DNA of 64,000 bases from Cenococcum geophilum (Eukaryota), in NCBI GenBank assembly GCA_050273025.1, contig CP158635.1:3286001-3350000 (forward strand), given 5' to 3'. The position numbers and the translations under genes were made by a program. The notes below the pieces were generated by a model. It saw only the letters and a program-made list of their open reading frames with translations. It searched no databases and was not told the origin of the DNA. This document shows, one piece after another, positions 37,300-51,020 of this stretch. Every line of letters starts with the position of its first letter. The first letter of the stretch is position 1.

Positions 37300-40200
37300 T
37301 GTTAAAATAGGTATAGTTTAATAATTATTTTTATTGAGCATACATTTCTAAGAGGGTGGGGAAGCGATAATTATATAGAAGAGTATCAGAGGTTCCACCT
37401 GACAAGAAGCAATATACGTTAACTAGAACCCACTTTAACAGCCCCTTTTAAGCTGAATATAGGTAACAATATAAAGGTCATAAGAGACGTTAATATTTCT
37501 CTAAACCTAAAGCATCTCTAAATGCATAGAATACATCTTTTAGCAGCGCCTTAGTAAAACCATTAGCTATTTATCAACTTATTTATATATATTTTAGCTT
37601 AATATCTCCGTCTACAACCTTCTCCCAAATGAAGTAATATTAGAGAGTAATATGCTTAGTTTAAGCGTGAAACTTAGGGTCTTTTGTAAGAGTAATAGTA
37701 CCTTAATTATCGGCGTAAATAATTATTACGTAAGGGGATTCGTTAGTTAGAGATAGTTCTTAAAGGAGTTATTATAACTAAATAGCTTCTTTTACTGCAA
37801 CTGTCTATACTATATACTCTGCTTTATAGGTTAAGAGTGCCACCATAAGTTAGCGCTTTAAGGACTAGCTAATTGCACTGCTTCTAATATTAAACATAAA
37901 TCCTAATATTAATCTTTAAGTTTCTAAGTTATCTGCCTAGCTAAAGTCTATAAACCCCTAAAGCGCTTATATTTCTCCTTAGAGGATAAGTTAGAGGTCA
38001 AGTATACCGCGTAAGTAGGAAAGTATTTAAAGAATAGCTTATATATAAGACTTATTAGAATTAGAAGCAAAGCGACTAATAAGGGAGATAGCGAAGGCAA
38101 TATTAGGTTAAGTACTAAGTATAGCATATATTAGGGTGCTAACTAGCGATTAGTATTAAGTCTTAAACGTAGAGTTAGCCTAATAATCTGCCGCTATTAG
38201 TTAAAGATAAGAGGTTTCTATTAGCGTAAGGTAAGGGGAACAGTTCTAAAGACTAGTGCTATAAATAGCCTCTTTAAGGTAAGAGAATTGGCTAAGCCGT
38301 AGTTTACGGAGTTATCGATCTTAAGTTACTTTTATACTAAGGTAATAAGTAATAGGGCCTAGATCAGTTATACTAAAGCGTCCGCTAAGTTAAGCTTTAA
38401 TAATCTTAATATTAATAATATCTAGTCTAATAAATAGGAGGTTGTTAATATAGACTGCGATATATATAGAACCTTTAGTGAAGACTAAAGAGTTAGAGTT
38501 AAGGGGTTTAAAATTAATATTTATAAGGAACTCTAAGAGCGTTTAATGCTAAACTTAAGGCGACTGTTTAAGACCGTAAAGTGCTTTATTTAGACGACAA
38601 ACCCGTCTAGTTTTATCATTAAAACCTTTAGGTTAATTAATGTAGATCTCCTCCTTAACGCTTCCGTAAAGGAAAGCGGTCTTAATATCTATTTGTTTAA
38701 TCTTAAGGTCTTATACAGCTATAATGGTAAAGAGCGCTTTATAGCTTATAGGTTTTATAATAAACGCGAAGGTCTTATTAAAGTTAACCCTAGCTTATTA
38801 TTTATAACCCTTTACTACCTACCTTACCTTATATTATATAATCCTTCCTTTACTATCCCGCTTATGCTTAAAAACCTATTAGGTATTAAGAACTTTATAA
38901 TTAAGAGGTTAGTTAACAAGTATCTAGGTATTATTTGCTTTATAAGAGCTAATTTCGTCTTTACTAGCGGAGTACTATTTATTATTATTAACGTTAAGGG
39001 TAGATTATTTCTATAACCTTGGCTCATAAGGTTTAGCTATAGGGGAGTTACTAAGTATAGCGTAAAGGTGTTTAAAGGAAGGGGTCGAGAAGTAGGCAAG
39101 CGCTAAGAATGCTGTAATAGGCGGGTTTTCTCTAATATTAACAGAATTGCGATACTTAAGAGGTAGTTAAGGCCTATTAGTAGCTACTAGACGTTTTAAC
39201 TTCCGTAGGGGTGTCTTATTAGTAGTAAGGCGCTTTAATTTTTAAGCTTTCTTAAGGAGCTGTTTCTCTTCTTAATGCTGTTTATATTAGGTAGCGTAAT
39301 TAGGTAGAGCTTCTTTTTCCTTAAACTAAGTATTAATATCTAGAGTATCGGAGTTATATTTAATATATTATTCTTAAATTTAACACTTATTGCTACTGGG
39401 AACTATTAAAACAGTCTCTTAAAAGTGGATAGCTAAGGCACGTATAAGCCGTCCTATCTCTTTATCTCGAATTTAAATAATATATTTACCCTTAAAGCTA
39501 ACAAGGTTCCCTAATCTTGCCTTCTTATCTATATAAGAGCTGAACTTCTTTTAATTACTGGCCCTGTACCAAATATCGCACCTAAAGGTATAAATCTAGG
39601 AGTAATTAAAGACTTCGCCTTGCTCTATTTTGTAGGGGGTCTATATTTCTAATAATTTAATAGGGAGAATATTTTATATAAAGTTAGCGTACTTAACTGC
39701 TTCTGGCTAGAAGTTCTTAGGAAGTAAGCAATTATTTATAAAGGTAAAGGCTCGGTTATATATCGTGTGATTAAGTCGTTTTAAGGCTCTATTTTGTTGT
39801 TAACTCTCTAGGGTTAAGTATAAGAACTAAATTCCCTTATTTGCAAGTTCTAGCTAAAAAGCATATTTAAGATATTCTCCTCCGCCATTACTATATAGCC
39901 GTAAGATAAGACTTCCTCGTTATTTAACCTTTGCTTAATATTATTGAAAATAGAACGGGACTTTAGCCTTATACTTTATTAGGTAGACTTTACTTATTTT
40001 ATTAACTCCATCTTAGAAAGTAATAAAATATCTTAATCTATTATAGCCAGCTACTTTTATAGGTCCTTTAATATTAGAGAATATAACTTCATAAGGCTTA
40101 GTATTGTGGTTAATAAGAGAATCCCAATATATGACATCGTGTATTCTGCCACGTAGGTAGGCTTTATAGGTACAGTTATAAAGGTCTAGTAAGTGAGTGA

Positions 40201-42970
40201 GGTCTATCCCTTTTAACATTCTTTAGAGTTTTTGTAAGTTCTAGGGGCTAATGTAACCGAGCCTTTCGTGCTATAACCTCTCGGCTAGGTTTTGTAAGCT
40301 GCTGTATAATATATAGCTGGTTTAATAGCTAACTGTAAAGGCTATAAGCCCTTCTTAATAGTTAGCCTAAGTATAGAGAAAGAAGAGGCCAGACTTACGA
40401 AACGCGTAAGCTATAAGCTCTAAGTTATAGAGAAAATCGCATCTAAGGTTAAATAGATAAAGATAAACTTAATTATTAATAAGCTGTAAACTAGATACTA
40501 GGTTGGCTTATAAATTAGGGATATAAAGGATATTAGTGAGAATAAGCTCTCTCTTAACTCCTAGAACTATAAGTCTTAGGTATATATCTCCCTTTCCTAT
40601 TAACTAGAGATATGTTTCTCTAATTCTAGAGATAATAATCTTCTTATTAGCTTAAAGATCTTAATAGGTAATAAATAGCTCTTTTAACTAAAATATATAC
40701 TAAGTATACCTAGTATTAATAATAATTGCAGAGAAGAGGTTAATATTTAGTTTAGCTATAAAATAAAGTTGTCTAGTAAGCTTAGAGGCGTAGGAGTAAA
40801 AAGGAATGCAAATAATATAGGGAACCCGCCACTAATAGGTAATAAGGTATAGTTAGCGAAGTAGGTTATATATAAAGTAGCGTAAGTTCTTTTATAGGTT
40901 GTATATATAGGCTAATAGTTTCTATATTAATAGTAAAGGTTAAAGGGTAATCTATATAAGCAGTAAAAGACTATAAAAGAAGAATAGTATGCTGGTTATA
41001 AAGAGTCCAAAGGGAATAAATAAAAGATAATATAAGAGTGGATAGATCTATAGTAAAGAATATCTAATATAATTGGAAATACGGGAGTTTTGGCCACGAT
41101 TATTAAGGTGTAATTATAGCCTAGTCAGCTTACTATAGAGTTAAAGCTTTTATAGCTACCTTATTTATTACTAGACTATAGTTAATTAAATAGCCATTCC
41201 TGCATATTGCCTTAACTTAGTAAGAGGCTTGCTATTTATTATTGTCGCTAATAGTGCTGTAGGTAATAATGTAGATCCTAATAAGGAGTTGCTCTAATAG
41301 GCTCTTTGTTGTTTTCTAAAGTCCCTTCTATAAGCAGAGCGCGTATCTATTTCTATGGCTTTTTTAGGGTTTTCCTTTCGCCAGATCTCCTTTAAGTGGG
41401 GTTAAAGGATTTAGTATTTGTCTTTCTAGTGGCTAGTGTATTTGTATGGCCTGTAATATAGTCTATTATATTGTTGTTGGCCTTGCTAATTATAGTGCTG
41501 CTGGCGGTAAGAGGCTTAATTTGTGTATGCTTGGAAAGCTATTAGTTAACTTTAGAGTATAAGTTGCTCTTATATATAGGCAAGGCCCTAAACTTTTAAG
41601 AGAGTAAGGGTCTTGTTAGTAAGGGAGTATATAAGGTAGAACGATTCTTGCTAGCTATTAAAAGTAGGACCGAGACCATTAATAAACTTAGAGAGTAGGT
41701 CTATTTGGTCTATAGTGTGGTTTTAGGTTTTAAGGTCTAAGTATATCTCCTTAAATTTAATAACGTATTCTTTAACGTTCTTATAGTTTGCGAGAGTAAG
41801 GTTTCGCCATTTGGCGCATATTTTAGCGTGTGTTGTATTTCCTTTTAGCTTAAATTCCGCGTGTAAGATTTCTATTACATCCTTAATTTCAATATAGTTT
41901 TCGATAAGGTTCTGTTTATGAGTGCTATAGGTTATAGAGATGCAGTTTATTCCCTTAAGTTACTTTTTCTTTTAAGCTTTGAGATCCGCCTAATAAGTTT
42001 TAATAAGTTTATTATAAGCGTCTCTCTTAACCTAAGGTTGGTTTATAGCTGGTCCGGCTCCTAGGTTAACTAAAGCGTCTAAATTAAAGTTATTTTTGAT
42101 TAGCTACTGCCCGGTACCTTTCTTTTACTTCTTATAGTCTGTAGGGCTTTTAAGTATCTAAATGTTAGAGAGATTGATATTGGACTTAGAGTATTTAATC
42201 GCTATAATAACTTATAAGAGAGAAGCAAGTATTTTAGTAAAAAGGTGGGAAATAATATTCTTTGGCTTATATACTATTACCTTTTTAGTATTTAGTATAG
42301 TGCTAAGGATTTAATGACTAATGATAATAATAATAATAATAATAATGGCACTAGGAATAGTAATAGTGATAGGTAACTAAGACATTAATAGAAAACCTAA
42401 TTTAAGGTTAATAGATAGTAACAGGCAACTAAGACATAGTAAGAAAAGCCAATTTTAATTAATAGGATATCTAAAATTTCTAAAGTGCGTATATTTAAGT
42501 TAGAGTGCGTATATCTAAATGTCCGAAATATCTAGAGTGCGTATGTTTAAGATGTCTAGAGTACATATATCCGAAATATCTAGAGTGTAAAGTGTCTGGA
42601 GTGCGTATGTCTAAAATGTCTAAAGTGCGTATATCTAAAGTGTCTAAAGTGTAAAGTATCTAAAGTACGCATGTCTAAAAAGTCTAGAGTGTGTATATCC
42701 GAAGTGTCTAGAGTATAAAGTGTCTGGAGTGCGCATGTCTAAAATGTCTAGAGTGCGTATGTCTAAGGTGTATCTTGAGACGTAGTATATAGGTCGCTGC
42801 GCGATAGAAGCGTCTCTGGGCTTATAACCTGTTAAAATAGGTATAGTTTGATGATTATTTTTATTGAGCATATATTTCTAAGAGGGTGGGGAAGCGACAA
42901 TTATATAGAAGAGTGTTAGAGGTTCCACCCGACAAGAAGCAATACACGCTAACTGGAACCCACTTCAACA
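37300..42970 (-). mobile_element. Ty1/Copia element 2 (RIP-mutated)
   Basis: 141-bp LTRs 37300-37440 and 42830-42970; TSD gatct; PBS ggttataagccc on -; purine tract aaaaggggc; integrase, RT and RNase H remnants in Copia order. Confidence 0.92.
42480..42770. repeat. Tandem ~21-24-bp repeats (gagtgcgtatgtctaaaatgtcta-like) in the Copia 2 leader
   Basis: Directly visible degenerate array between PBS and gag. Confidence 0.8.
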
Positions 42971-43404
42971 GATCTCGGCCTAAGAGAAGCTCAGGAGGCT
43001 TACGCAGGCGTGCATCGTGAGGAAGACATGGTTGGTAGGTGGTAATTAAAAAGAAGCTCCAGATGAGATACGCGTCGACGCGATACAACAACCCTCCCTA
43101 AGAGCCTGCACGGACGTAAAACAGCAAGCTCGGCGCTTTTTGGTTAATGCTGACTGTATAGTAGGAAAACTAATAAACAACTTTCTCAATACCAAAGTTT
43201 TATCACCACATTCTATTCCTACCTGTTCTTGCCACTGGTGATTATATTAATTATAAACATGTGACCATAATCAAAAGATTGATTTTGATTATAATTAATT
43301 AGATTATGTAGTAATCATAACTTATGTAACTAATAAAAGTATTATGTGCATCCCTGGTCTAAAATACAGTACTCCCCAACACTTTGCTAAAACTAAAGAA
43401 GTAC

Positions 43405-44517
43405 CTACAACCTCGCTCCCTCACCTTCCAAAAACTCCTTGCTGAATGGCTGATCAATGTACCCGTCCTTCGCCTTAGCATTGTAGAAAGTATCCCGGTT
43501 ATACGGCGTCAGCGGAATACCCTTCATGATCTTGAACGGTAGATCCGGATTCGAGATATATAGTCTCCCAAACACAACCGCGACGTCCTTATCCTTAAAG
43601 TCTTCATCCACCGTCTTCCTCGCCGAATCCGGCTTGAAGCCTCCAGCCAGCAGGACAGGCGAACGCCCGCCCCACGCCTCGACCGCGAAGTCAACCTGAT
43701 CGGAGCTCTCGATATCCAAAAGGCCCGATATGCGACTAGTGACGACATGTAGGTATGCCAGCCCGATCTCCTTCAGCCCTTTAACTAGGTACGTGAACTG
43801 CGGCACTGGGTCCGCCATCCGCATGCCCTGGAACGTGCTCCACGGACTCAGCCGGATGGCCGCCTTATCACTGCCGACAGCCTTGACCACCGCCTTCGTA
43901 ACCTCCAGCGCGAACCGGGCCCTGTTCTCGATGCTCCCGCCCCATCTATCCGTCCGCTTGTTCACGTTATCCTGGATGAACTGGTCAACGAGATACCCAT
44001 TCGCGCCGTGGATCTCCACGCCATCGAACCCAGCCTCCACCGCGCGCTTCGCCGCCGTCGCATAGTCCGCCACATACTGCCAGATCTCCTCCTCCGTCAG
44101 CTCGCGCGGCGCCGGTGCGTCGTCGGACAGCGGTGTCGCGCTCGAACTGACCAGATCCCCCGTCCCCTCGGCTGCCTTGACCTTTGGATTCGCCGTCCGC
44201 CCCAGCGCCCATAGCTGCATGAAGATGTGCGAGCCCTTTGCGTGCACCGCGTCCGTGACTTCCTTCCACGCTTGCAGCTGCTCGGTGTTCCAGAGGCCGG
44301 GCACGTTGGGGTAGCCGGAGGCGGCGGGCGAGATGCAGGTCGCTTCGGTGATGAGCAGCGTGCCGGGGACGGCGGCGCGCTGCGCGTAGTAGTCTTTCAC
44401 GAAGGGCAAGGGGATGTGGGCGTCGGAGGCGCGGAAGCGGGTTAGTGGGGCCAGGACGAGGCGGTGTTGGAGGGTCAAGGGGCCGATTTGGAGGGGGGTG
44501 AAGAGTTTGGACGTCAT
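43405..44517 (-). CDS. Old Yellow Enzyme family NADH:flavin oxidoreductase (370 aa, intronless)
   Basis: LAPLTRFRA, YYAQRA, GFDGVEIHGANGYLVDQF, RTDRWGGSIENRARF, SNPDLP motifs. Confidence 0.96.
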   Translation of the reverse strand: MTSKLFTPLQIGPLTLQHRLVLAPLTRFRASDAHIPLPFVKDYYAQRAAVPGTLLITEATCISPAASGYPNVPGLWNTEQLQAWKEVTDAVHAKGSHIFMQLWALGRTANPKVKAAEGTGDLVSSSATPLSDDAPAPRELTEEEIWQYVADYATAAKRAVEAGFDGVEIHGANGYLVDQFIQDNVNKRTDRWGGSIENRARFALEVTKAVVKAVGSDKAAIRLSPWSTFQGMRMADPVPQFTYLVKGLKEIGLAYLHVVTSRISGLLDIESSDQVDFAVEAWGGRSPVLLAGGFKPDSARKTVDEDFKDKDVAVVFGRLYISNPDLPFKIMKGIPLTPYNRDTFYNAKAKDGYIDQPFSKEFLEGEGARL

Positions 44518-45159
44518 GGTTTTGGTTTGGAAAATGATTCCGTTAGGATTCTGAGGGGCTCGCGGTAGGATCTCGGCGGATTGGTGTCTTTTCGGGTTGA
44601 TTTAAAGTGGATTGCGTCGAGTTTCTTAAAGTCAGTTGGAGGTCAATTGCAGATGAGATTGTGTGAATGGAGAGTGAAGCTGCAATTGGATTATCTCCAG
44701 TGGGAGATATGATGTTTAAGTAGGGGAAGCATTGATTAGGACGTGGTGTTTGGTTTGTGCTTGGTGCTTAGTTATGGATAATTTGAAATGCTAAGTCGTC
44801 ATTTTGCTCTTATAGATAGTACGAATTACAAAGCCCGGCTTGTACGACGGAGGGATTTCTAAGAGTAATCTCCGCTTTCTTACTAATTCCCTACTTCGGA
44901 GAGGGTTTAAATTGGCTTAATAAAAGACCATTTCCGACTGTGCAACTCTGCTTATCGTGTCTTTAGGCTGTTCGCTGCTTGAGGTAAAAAAATCAAGCAC
45001 GCAACCGGCTGTGTCATCATCTTTCTGGTGCTCTTATTATTTCGGAATTATCGGCTTTTCGATTAATAATGTGAATTTAAGAGGACTGTTTTCTGGTTTG
45101 ACAGATCCGGCTTCTCGGCTCTGGTGTAGGAAGTAATGAGCCATTATTCCTTCATCTAT

Positions 45160-45785
45160 CCCTTGGAAGGCCAGTTTGCGTCCATCTGTTATCGATAAGA
45201 ACTAGCCAATTATATCAATAGGATCAAGGCTCCGTGATCAGAAATACGAGGTTTGGAATATCTGTCGATTGCTATACAAAAGTTATATATACACTCAATC
45301 TTTGGGGTTCAATTGCTCTATATAAGGTAGCAAATATTTATCCTTTCTGCAGAAAGGAATGCTACAAATAGTACACCTAAATAAGGTCCCTGGAGCTCTC
45401 TAATGCCTCTTCCACTCCTTACTACTACGTGGCTTGCGTGTAGTATTTGGTGAGAGCTCCGGTAGGGCCTTCCTAAGCCCTTTATATTGCTCTTGTGAAG
45501 TTCTACAGACCTCAACGCAGGCAGAGTTCCTTTACTTTAGCCATTCGTAAATGTAAAGGGGGTTAAAAGCGGACAGAGGCCAGGGCTGTGGGGGAGGTTC
45601 TTTTGCCTTGCGATTTGGATCAACTCGATATTGGGTCTGTTCAACATGGTCTGTATTATTAGAAGTACATTTAGAAGGCATGGTCGATGAAAATCTATTG
45701 CTTGAATCTATATGCAATATACGCGTATTTTTGAGCTCGGCGTTCCGCACGGATCACTTCTAGATGGACGCAGGTGTTCCATGGG
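45160..45785 (-). mobile_element. Internally deleted piggyBac-like transposon (626 bp), apparent AT TSD
   Basis: Imperfect TIRs cccttggaa..tgcgtccatc / gatggacgca..ttccatggg; flanks ctAT / ATaa; minus strand carries a putative transposase N-terminus (MPSK..PPPQPWPLSAFNPL) fused to a Cys-rich end (CVEVC..RKALPELSPN..CTICSIPFC). Confidence 0.7.
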
Positions 45786-48368
45786 ATAAGCTATTTTGTG
45801 CGGAAACGCACTCTGTTCAATGCGGCAGTTAACTTGGCATTCGGAATCTCTCTTGCTAAATTGCCATGTGGCATCTTCGATGTTCCAGGATCGGCTTTTA
45901 TGTTTCCGTGGCTTGTGGGAACCCCGGTGATTTCCTAGAAACGTCGGCATGCATCAAATCCCACATGGGTGCCACCATTAACCCTGGTGTCCACGGCGTT
46001 TTCTTGGGCAAAACTCGACATCCATCTGGAGCGGCCTGTTGCTTCTAGACCAAAAGACGAGCCTAGGCGACAAGGGCTTAACTATTGGCCTCCGTGCTGC
46101 CTCGTCAGTCTCAGCCAGTCTCAGCCAGTCTCAGCCATCTGCAGGGGCATTTCGAGGGGCGGATCTCTCCGGAGTTGTTGTTCATTTCCTCTCCAGCTGG
46201 TTGCGACTTCATAGAGTGAAGTTCCCACTAAAGGTGGTAAATCTGCTAAGGGCGGCGATAATTGAAGGTAATTAGTAGGCGCTCATCTGCGTGGACGAAA
46301 GGCGTGTTAGTTTGTGGTCTTGATCTGCTAGAGAGCTGATCCTACCTATAGCAAAAATTTGTTTTCTCTTTCAAGCCTTCCGCCAAGTCGTCTAGGTAGC
46401 GCCATTGTCACACCGCAAAGCAAAGCGAAGCAGACACCCAGCCTTCGGCAGCCCTTCGGACGTCTCTTCGACTACATTTCCTGCTGCGAGACTCAGCAGT
46501 TGTCCTGGAGTCTATATTCAAAAGTCTCTTCTCGCGATAAAAATTTCGAAACCTATCTTCTTCCCCGAATCCGAGATTACCCCGTTCTAAGCTAGCTATA
46601 TTCCCTGTGCTGAACCACCTGACGCAAACCCCCCAGATTTGGCCGCACGAGTTATCAGCCTTACGATGCAGCTGCACAAAAAAAGCCCTCCCCTGCAGCC
46701 CACAACGTGCTGGTAGCGTGGCAAGCTGCCAAATATCACGCTACTATCGTTAGATCAAATCTGGCTGTGCGGCCAATCATCTTTATTCCACTGATATTAT
46801 TCCGCTTTCCATTCCCTACTACATATTGCAATTGGTTTCCGAAAATGATTCTCATGGTCGATCATTCTAGGTACGCTTGCTAAGACGAGTCCTGTCACTT
46901 GACAGACAAAACCTATGGAATTAGCTAGGGAAAGTGGTGATAAATTCATGGTGTTCAGTATATCCTGGGCCGAGATAATCGCCACCCCCAGTTCATGGAT
47001 GGTGACTAGATATTTCCACGCAATTCTACCAAAGCGTACAATAATTCATCACACCGATAATCAGGTGTGCGTCCGGCTCTCAGAGTGTTTGCAACCACGT
47101 GCGAAGCCTACGCAGCCTCTGTGGTCAAACGAGCCAAAGGTACGGCACTTCGCTAAGACGCTAGACGGTAGGTTTCACTCGTTGGCTTAGCTCATACCCG
47201 AATAAAATTACATCCGTCTATTCTAGGAAATAAAGACTTCATTCTCTAGCTTTTATTTGGAAGACGCCTTACCACTAGGCCGCTTGTTGCTGATTTTTGT
47301 CGTGGAGCTACGTTGTTTTTACGCAACGATGGTTGCAACTACATTTAGGCTTCCTCCTGCGGCTCGTAAGATGTGAAGGGGGTCTTCTGACGAGCGAGAG
47401 ATAATCAGAATTGTGGGTTGGCTGATAGGCGCAGCTCTTGGCTCAAAACGCCAGCAAAACACGCTACCGCAAAGCTAGCTTGGGATTCCTCAAAACGGTA
47501 ATGCCGCCGAACGCCACCAAGTCCAAGAGGCTTAGAGCTACCCAGCACTCGGGTCAAAGTCTTCAAGATCTGCAGTAAACGAAGGAATGCCTACTTTAAG
47601 CTAGATAATACGTCATAAATACGCTGCATTGTGACCTTAAGAGAAAATGCACCTACATTTGTGTCTGAAGCAGGAACTGTTGCTTCGTGATGCCGAACAC
47701 GGCCTGCCGAACAATCGTCGATGGGCATCGTCGATAGGGATGCCCGGCATAACCAAAAACGTCCATCTTAATATCGATAGCGAGGCGGACGCCACAGCCC
47801 TGCGCAGAGCCGGAACTTGCCAATTGTGGGTGGTGAAAAACTTCTGGGCCGTGTCTGGAATACGATTCGACATGGCTCTGCAGCATCTCAGGGGGGATGG
47901 CACCCGCATGCTGGGCGCTTTTTTAGGGACCCCGGAGTCGAGGCCGAACTCCATCGCATCGATATTTGCTGGGGCGATCTAGACTTCCCACGCCTCCCGG
48001 TCCCTGTCGCCCTGTTGACCGGGATGTGCCGATAGCGCCAGGCCGATGAAGAAGTGGCATGTTTGTCGTAAGACATGCCCAGCCATGAGGAGCATGCAGC
48101 TGCCAGCTGCCGTAGAGAGCCCTGAGCTACCTTCATATAAGGGGAGCCCAGTGACCTCATGAAAGGGACAAGTACTTCATTTCCAGCCCCAACTTAACAA
48201 CTAGCAGCATCCTTCGACACTTCTTTGACCTCTTATGATTGCGTAACTGTCGCATCGGAACTGCACAACGAAGCGCCCCCATCCACAATACACACCATCT
48301 AAATAGCAAAGACTGTCTCTTCCATTATCAGAAGCAATTCTATCTCCAATACCAATACCAACATCGCC

Positions 48369-49502
48369 ATGGCCCTCGACTGGGCCGTCTTCAGGCCTGC
48401 CGACGCACTTGCAGGCGAACAGCCCTCTTGTAGTGAGCTTCCTTCTCAGAGCCCAGGCTCTGTCGAAACATGAAGATTAAAGACTCACCTTCCGTTAGCA
48501 TCCTCAGACTACAGCCCCTCAACAGAGTTGTTTTCATATCCTGACGCCTTTAGCAAGGCAAACCCTATGGATTCTTGTACCGGCCAGCCTGACTACCTGC
48601 TTGACGATTGGATGAGTCATGATATCTTCGATCGCCCGCTGTCAAGCGTGGAAGCAACAGGTTTTTCAGCAAAGAACCCGGGCATTTTCAACTCAAACCC
48701 CTCAATGGCTGTCCCAAACCTGAACACATGGCGACGGACCAACTCCGCACCCTTCGGCAACACTCTCCCCAATCTGAACGAGAACATGTTCGTAAGCGGC
48801 ATGCCATTCAGCACCATGAACCATGGATCCCTCGACTCCAGCTGTGCATCTCCGCGCGATTCTTCCCCAACACCCTCGCTCTGCGGGGACGGCTCGCAGC
48901 TCGGTCTAGAACCACGCCCCGCTTCGCCGGCCAGCTCGGACGCATCGCTGAAGCGCCATTCGCCGACCGACAGCACGGACCAGGACTCGCCCGCTCCGAA
49001 GCGCGTCCAGCGGAAACGCGGCCGCCCGAGACTCAACCGGAGCGGGACCGACGACTGCCCCACCACTACCATCACCACCAACACTAACATCAACAACATC
49101 AACAACACTAATAATTCCGCCGACTCGACCGCAACCACCAAGTCTCGCACAACCCGCCGCCTACCCCACAACCAAGTCGAGCGCAAGTACCGCGAGGGCC
49201 TAAACTCGGAGCTCGAGCGCCTCCGCCGTGCCGTCCCCACGCTACCGCAGCGCGAAGGCGGCGACCTGAACAGCCCGCCGAAGCCGAGCAAGGCGACCGT
49301 GCTCGCAAGCGCGATCGACTACATCAAGTTCATCGAGGCGGAGCGCGAGCGGTTGACGGAGGAGAACAAGCGGCTGAGGGAGGGGCGCGGCGGGCGCGGT
49401 AGCAACGCGGCGGGCGGCCCCCGGTCGAGTGCGAAGTTGCGCGGGTACGGGTGGAGCAAGGGTCGCTCGAACTCGTCCGGGTCGTTTGCGCTGGGCGGGT
49501 GA
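48369..49502 (+). CDS. bHLH transcription factor with an AT-hook-like motif; one intron 48433-48498
   Basis: ATG 48369; GTGAGC..ctcac..TAG intron joins in frame to ORF 48528-49502; RKRGRPR; HNQVERKYREGLNSELERLR...KPSKATVLASAIDYIKFIE. Confidence 0.92.
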
Positions 49503-51020
49503 TTGGGAGTTTGCGCGCGTGTGTGTCAGTTCCTTTTGTTTCCGCTCGAGGCGATGCGGGGTCCCGTTTTCGGGCGCTGGAGAGCTCCTCTCACGCTTCC
49601 CCTCCCCTCCCTGGACCCGTCCAACCCTCCCCGGAAGCGAATCTCGAGCGCGACACGCAAGGACGGATTGGAACAAGTTCCTCTGTGATGGTGTGCGGCT
49701 TGTGGATTTCCGGACCATGCTGACTGTGGAGTGTTAATGATACCCCCCATCATGAGTTTTATGGCTCATTCCTGAGGCCCTGGGCGGGTACCAGGCTCGA
49801 TGACGGATTTTCTCTTACAGATGGTTCGATGGATTAGGAGAGGTTCAAGGATGGTGTGAATGGAGTAATTCTCACGTCTCTAGCAAGAGATGGCTCGCTT
49901 ATTATTTAATATCCTATCCAGCTACTAGTTAGCAAATAATCCAAGTGCTCTTTGTGTCGATACAAAAAGAGCTCCACGTGCAGCGTGCAGCGTAGATGGT
50001 TGTGGGTCCAGTTCGCGTATAACAGTAGTTAGTATTACGCAGGCAGACTATCTGGGCACGAGCACGTCTTATACCCTTTTTCTCGCCGCAACAATACTGC
50101 GTCTCAAACGCAACCTTAACAGGCATGCGCGTCCTTATTCGTGATGTCGGTAGGAAACGCGTAATCTAGAAAAGAATTTCCTTTCATTGTCCACAGCAAG
50201 ATAATATAGAGTTCGAAAGCCATAACGGGACAATAAACATTGCTCGCTCTAACGATGGATGAAATAACTGATCAGGGAAAACCATGAATAGCCCAATTGC
50301 CTAAAGCCATGGGGTGAAGCCACAGACCCACTCACGAGCACCTATCCCACATGCACGTAACCCCTGCCTCACTTAGCAAACGCCACCCACGGACCTGATC
50401 CGCAGACCCGACGCGAGCGGAACACTAACCAGAGTATCGGACACCGAGATCTGCTAGTCGTTCCATTCCCCATGGGATCTCGGTCGATTAAGTGCGGCAA
50501 TGGGACGAGATCTAGGTCCGAGCCGTGGAGCGCAAGGCTTGGCGATATCAGGTGAGACATCCGTGCGCGATGCAATCGCATCTGTGCTGGTATCTCGAGG
50601 GAAAATTTTCACTGTCTTAAGGATGGAATCGTTAATATATACTGTATAGTGCCTGAAGCCTCTGTGATACCCTTTAACCTACTAGATAGTAGGTTGCGGG
50701 CAAACGGATAGAAGCATAGAATCTGCAAACAATAGAGTCAGTGTGAGAAAAGTCGTTCCAAACCGAGCCACACTAGACAATTGTCAGCGTGCATGACTTC
50801 AATGAAACACTCAAGACATTGGAAGTAGATAGATGGAAAAAGACTGTTTGCTCAACCTAGAGAAGCCTTTATGATGGTAGCCCCTGTCTTTTAGATTTCA
50901 GGGAAAGAGACAGAAGGAAGCACAGAGACATCTCCGTCAATTAACATACATGAAGTAAATTTCTAACTTTGCTACTCGACAGCTTCCCACATATGGCCAA
51001 AATCCCACCACTATCCCATC

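Larger units (their letters stand above)
37163..43356. mobile_element. Non-autonomous hAT-type MITE (~520 bp of own sequence) containing a Copia insertion
   Basis: TIR cagggatgcgcataat / attatgtgcatccctg; 8-bp TSD gcctaaaa / gtctaaaa (one C>T difference); AT-rich subterminal attataat repeats. Confidence 0.85.

Noticed and set aside
43405..44517. Horizontal transfer of the intronless GC-rich OYE gene
   Set aside because: The protein looks like a typical fungal OYE, and the 3' half of the bHLH gene is similarly GC-rich; not supportable without a phylogeny.
47637..48160. Overlapping short ORFs upstream of the bHLH gene
   Set aside because: No recognisable motif; probably promoter or intergenic sequence.
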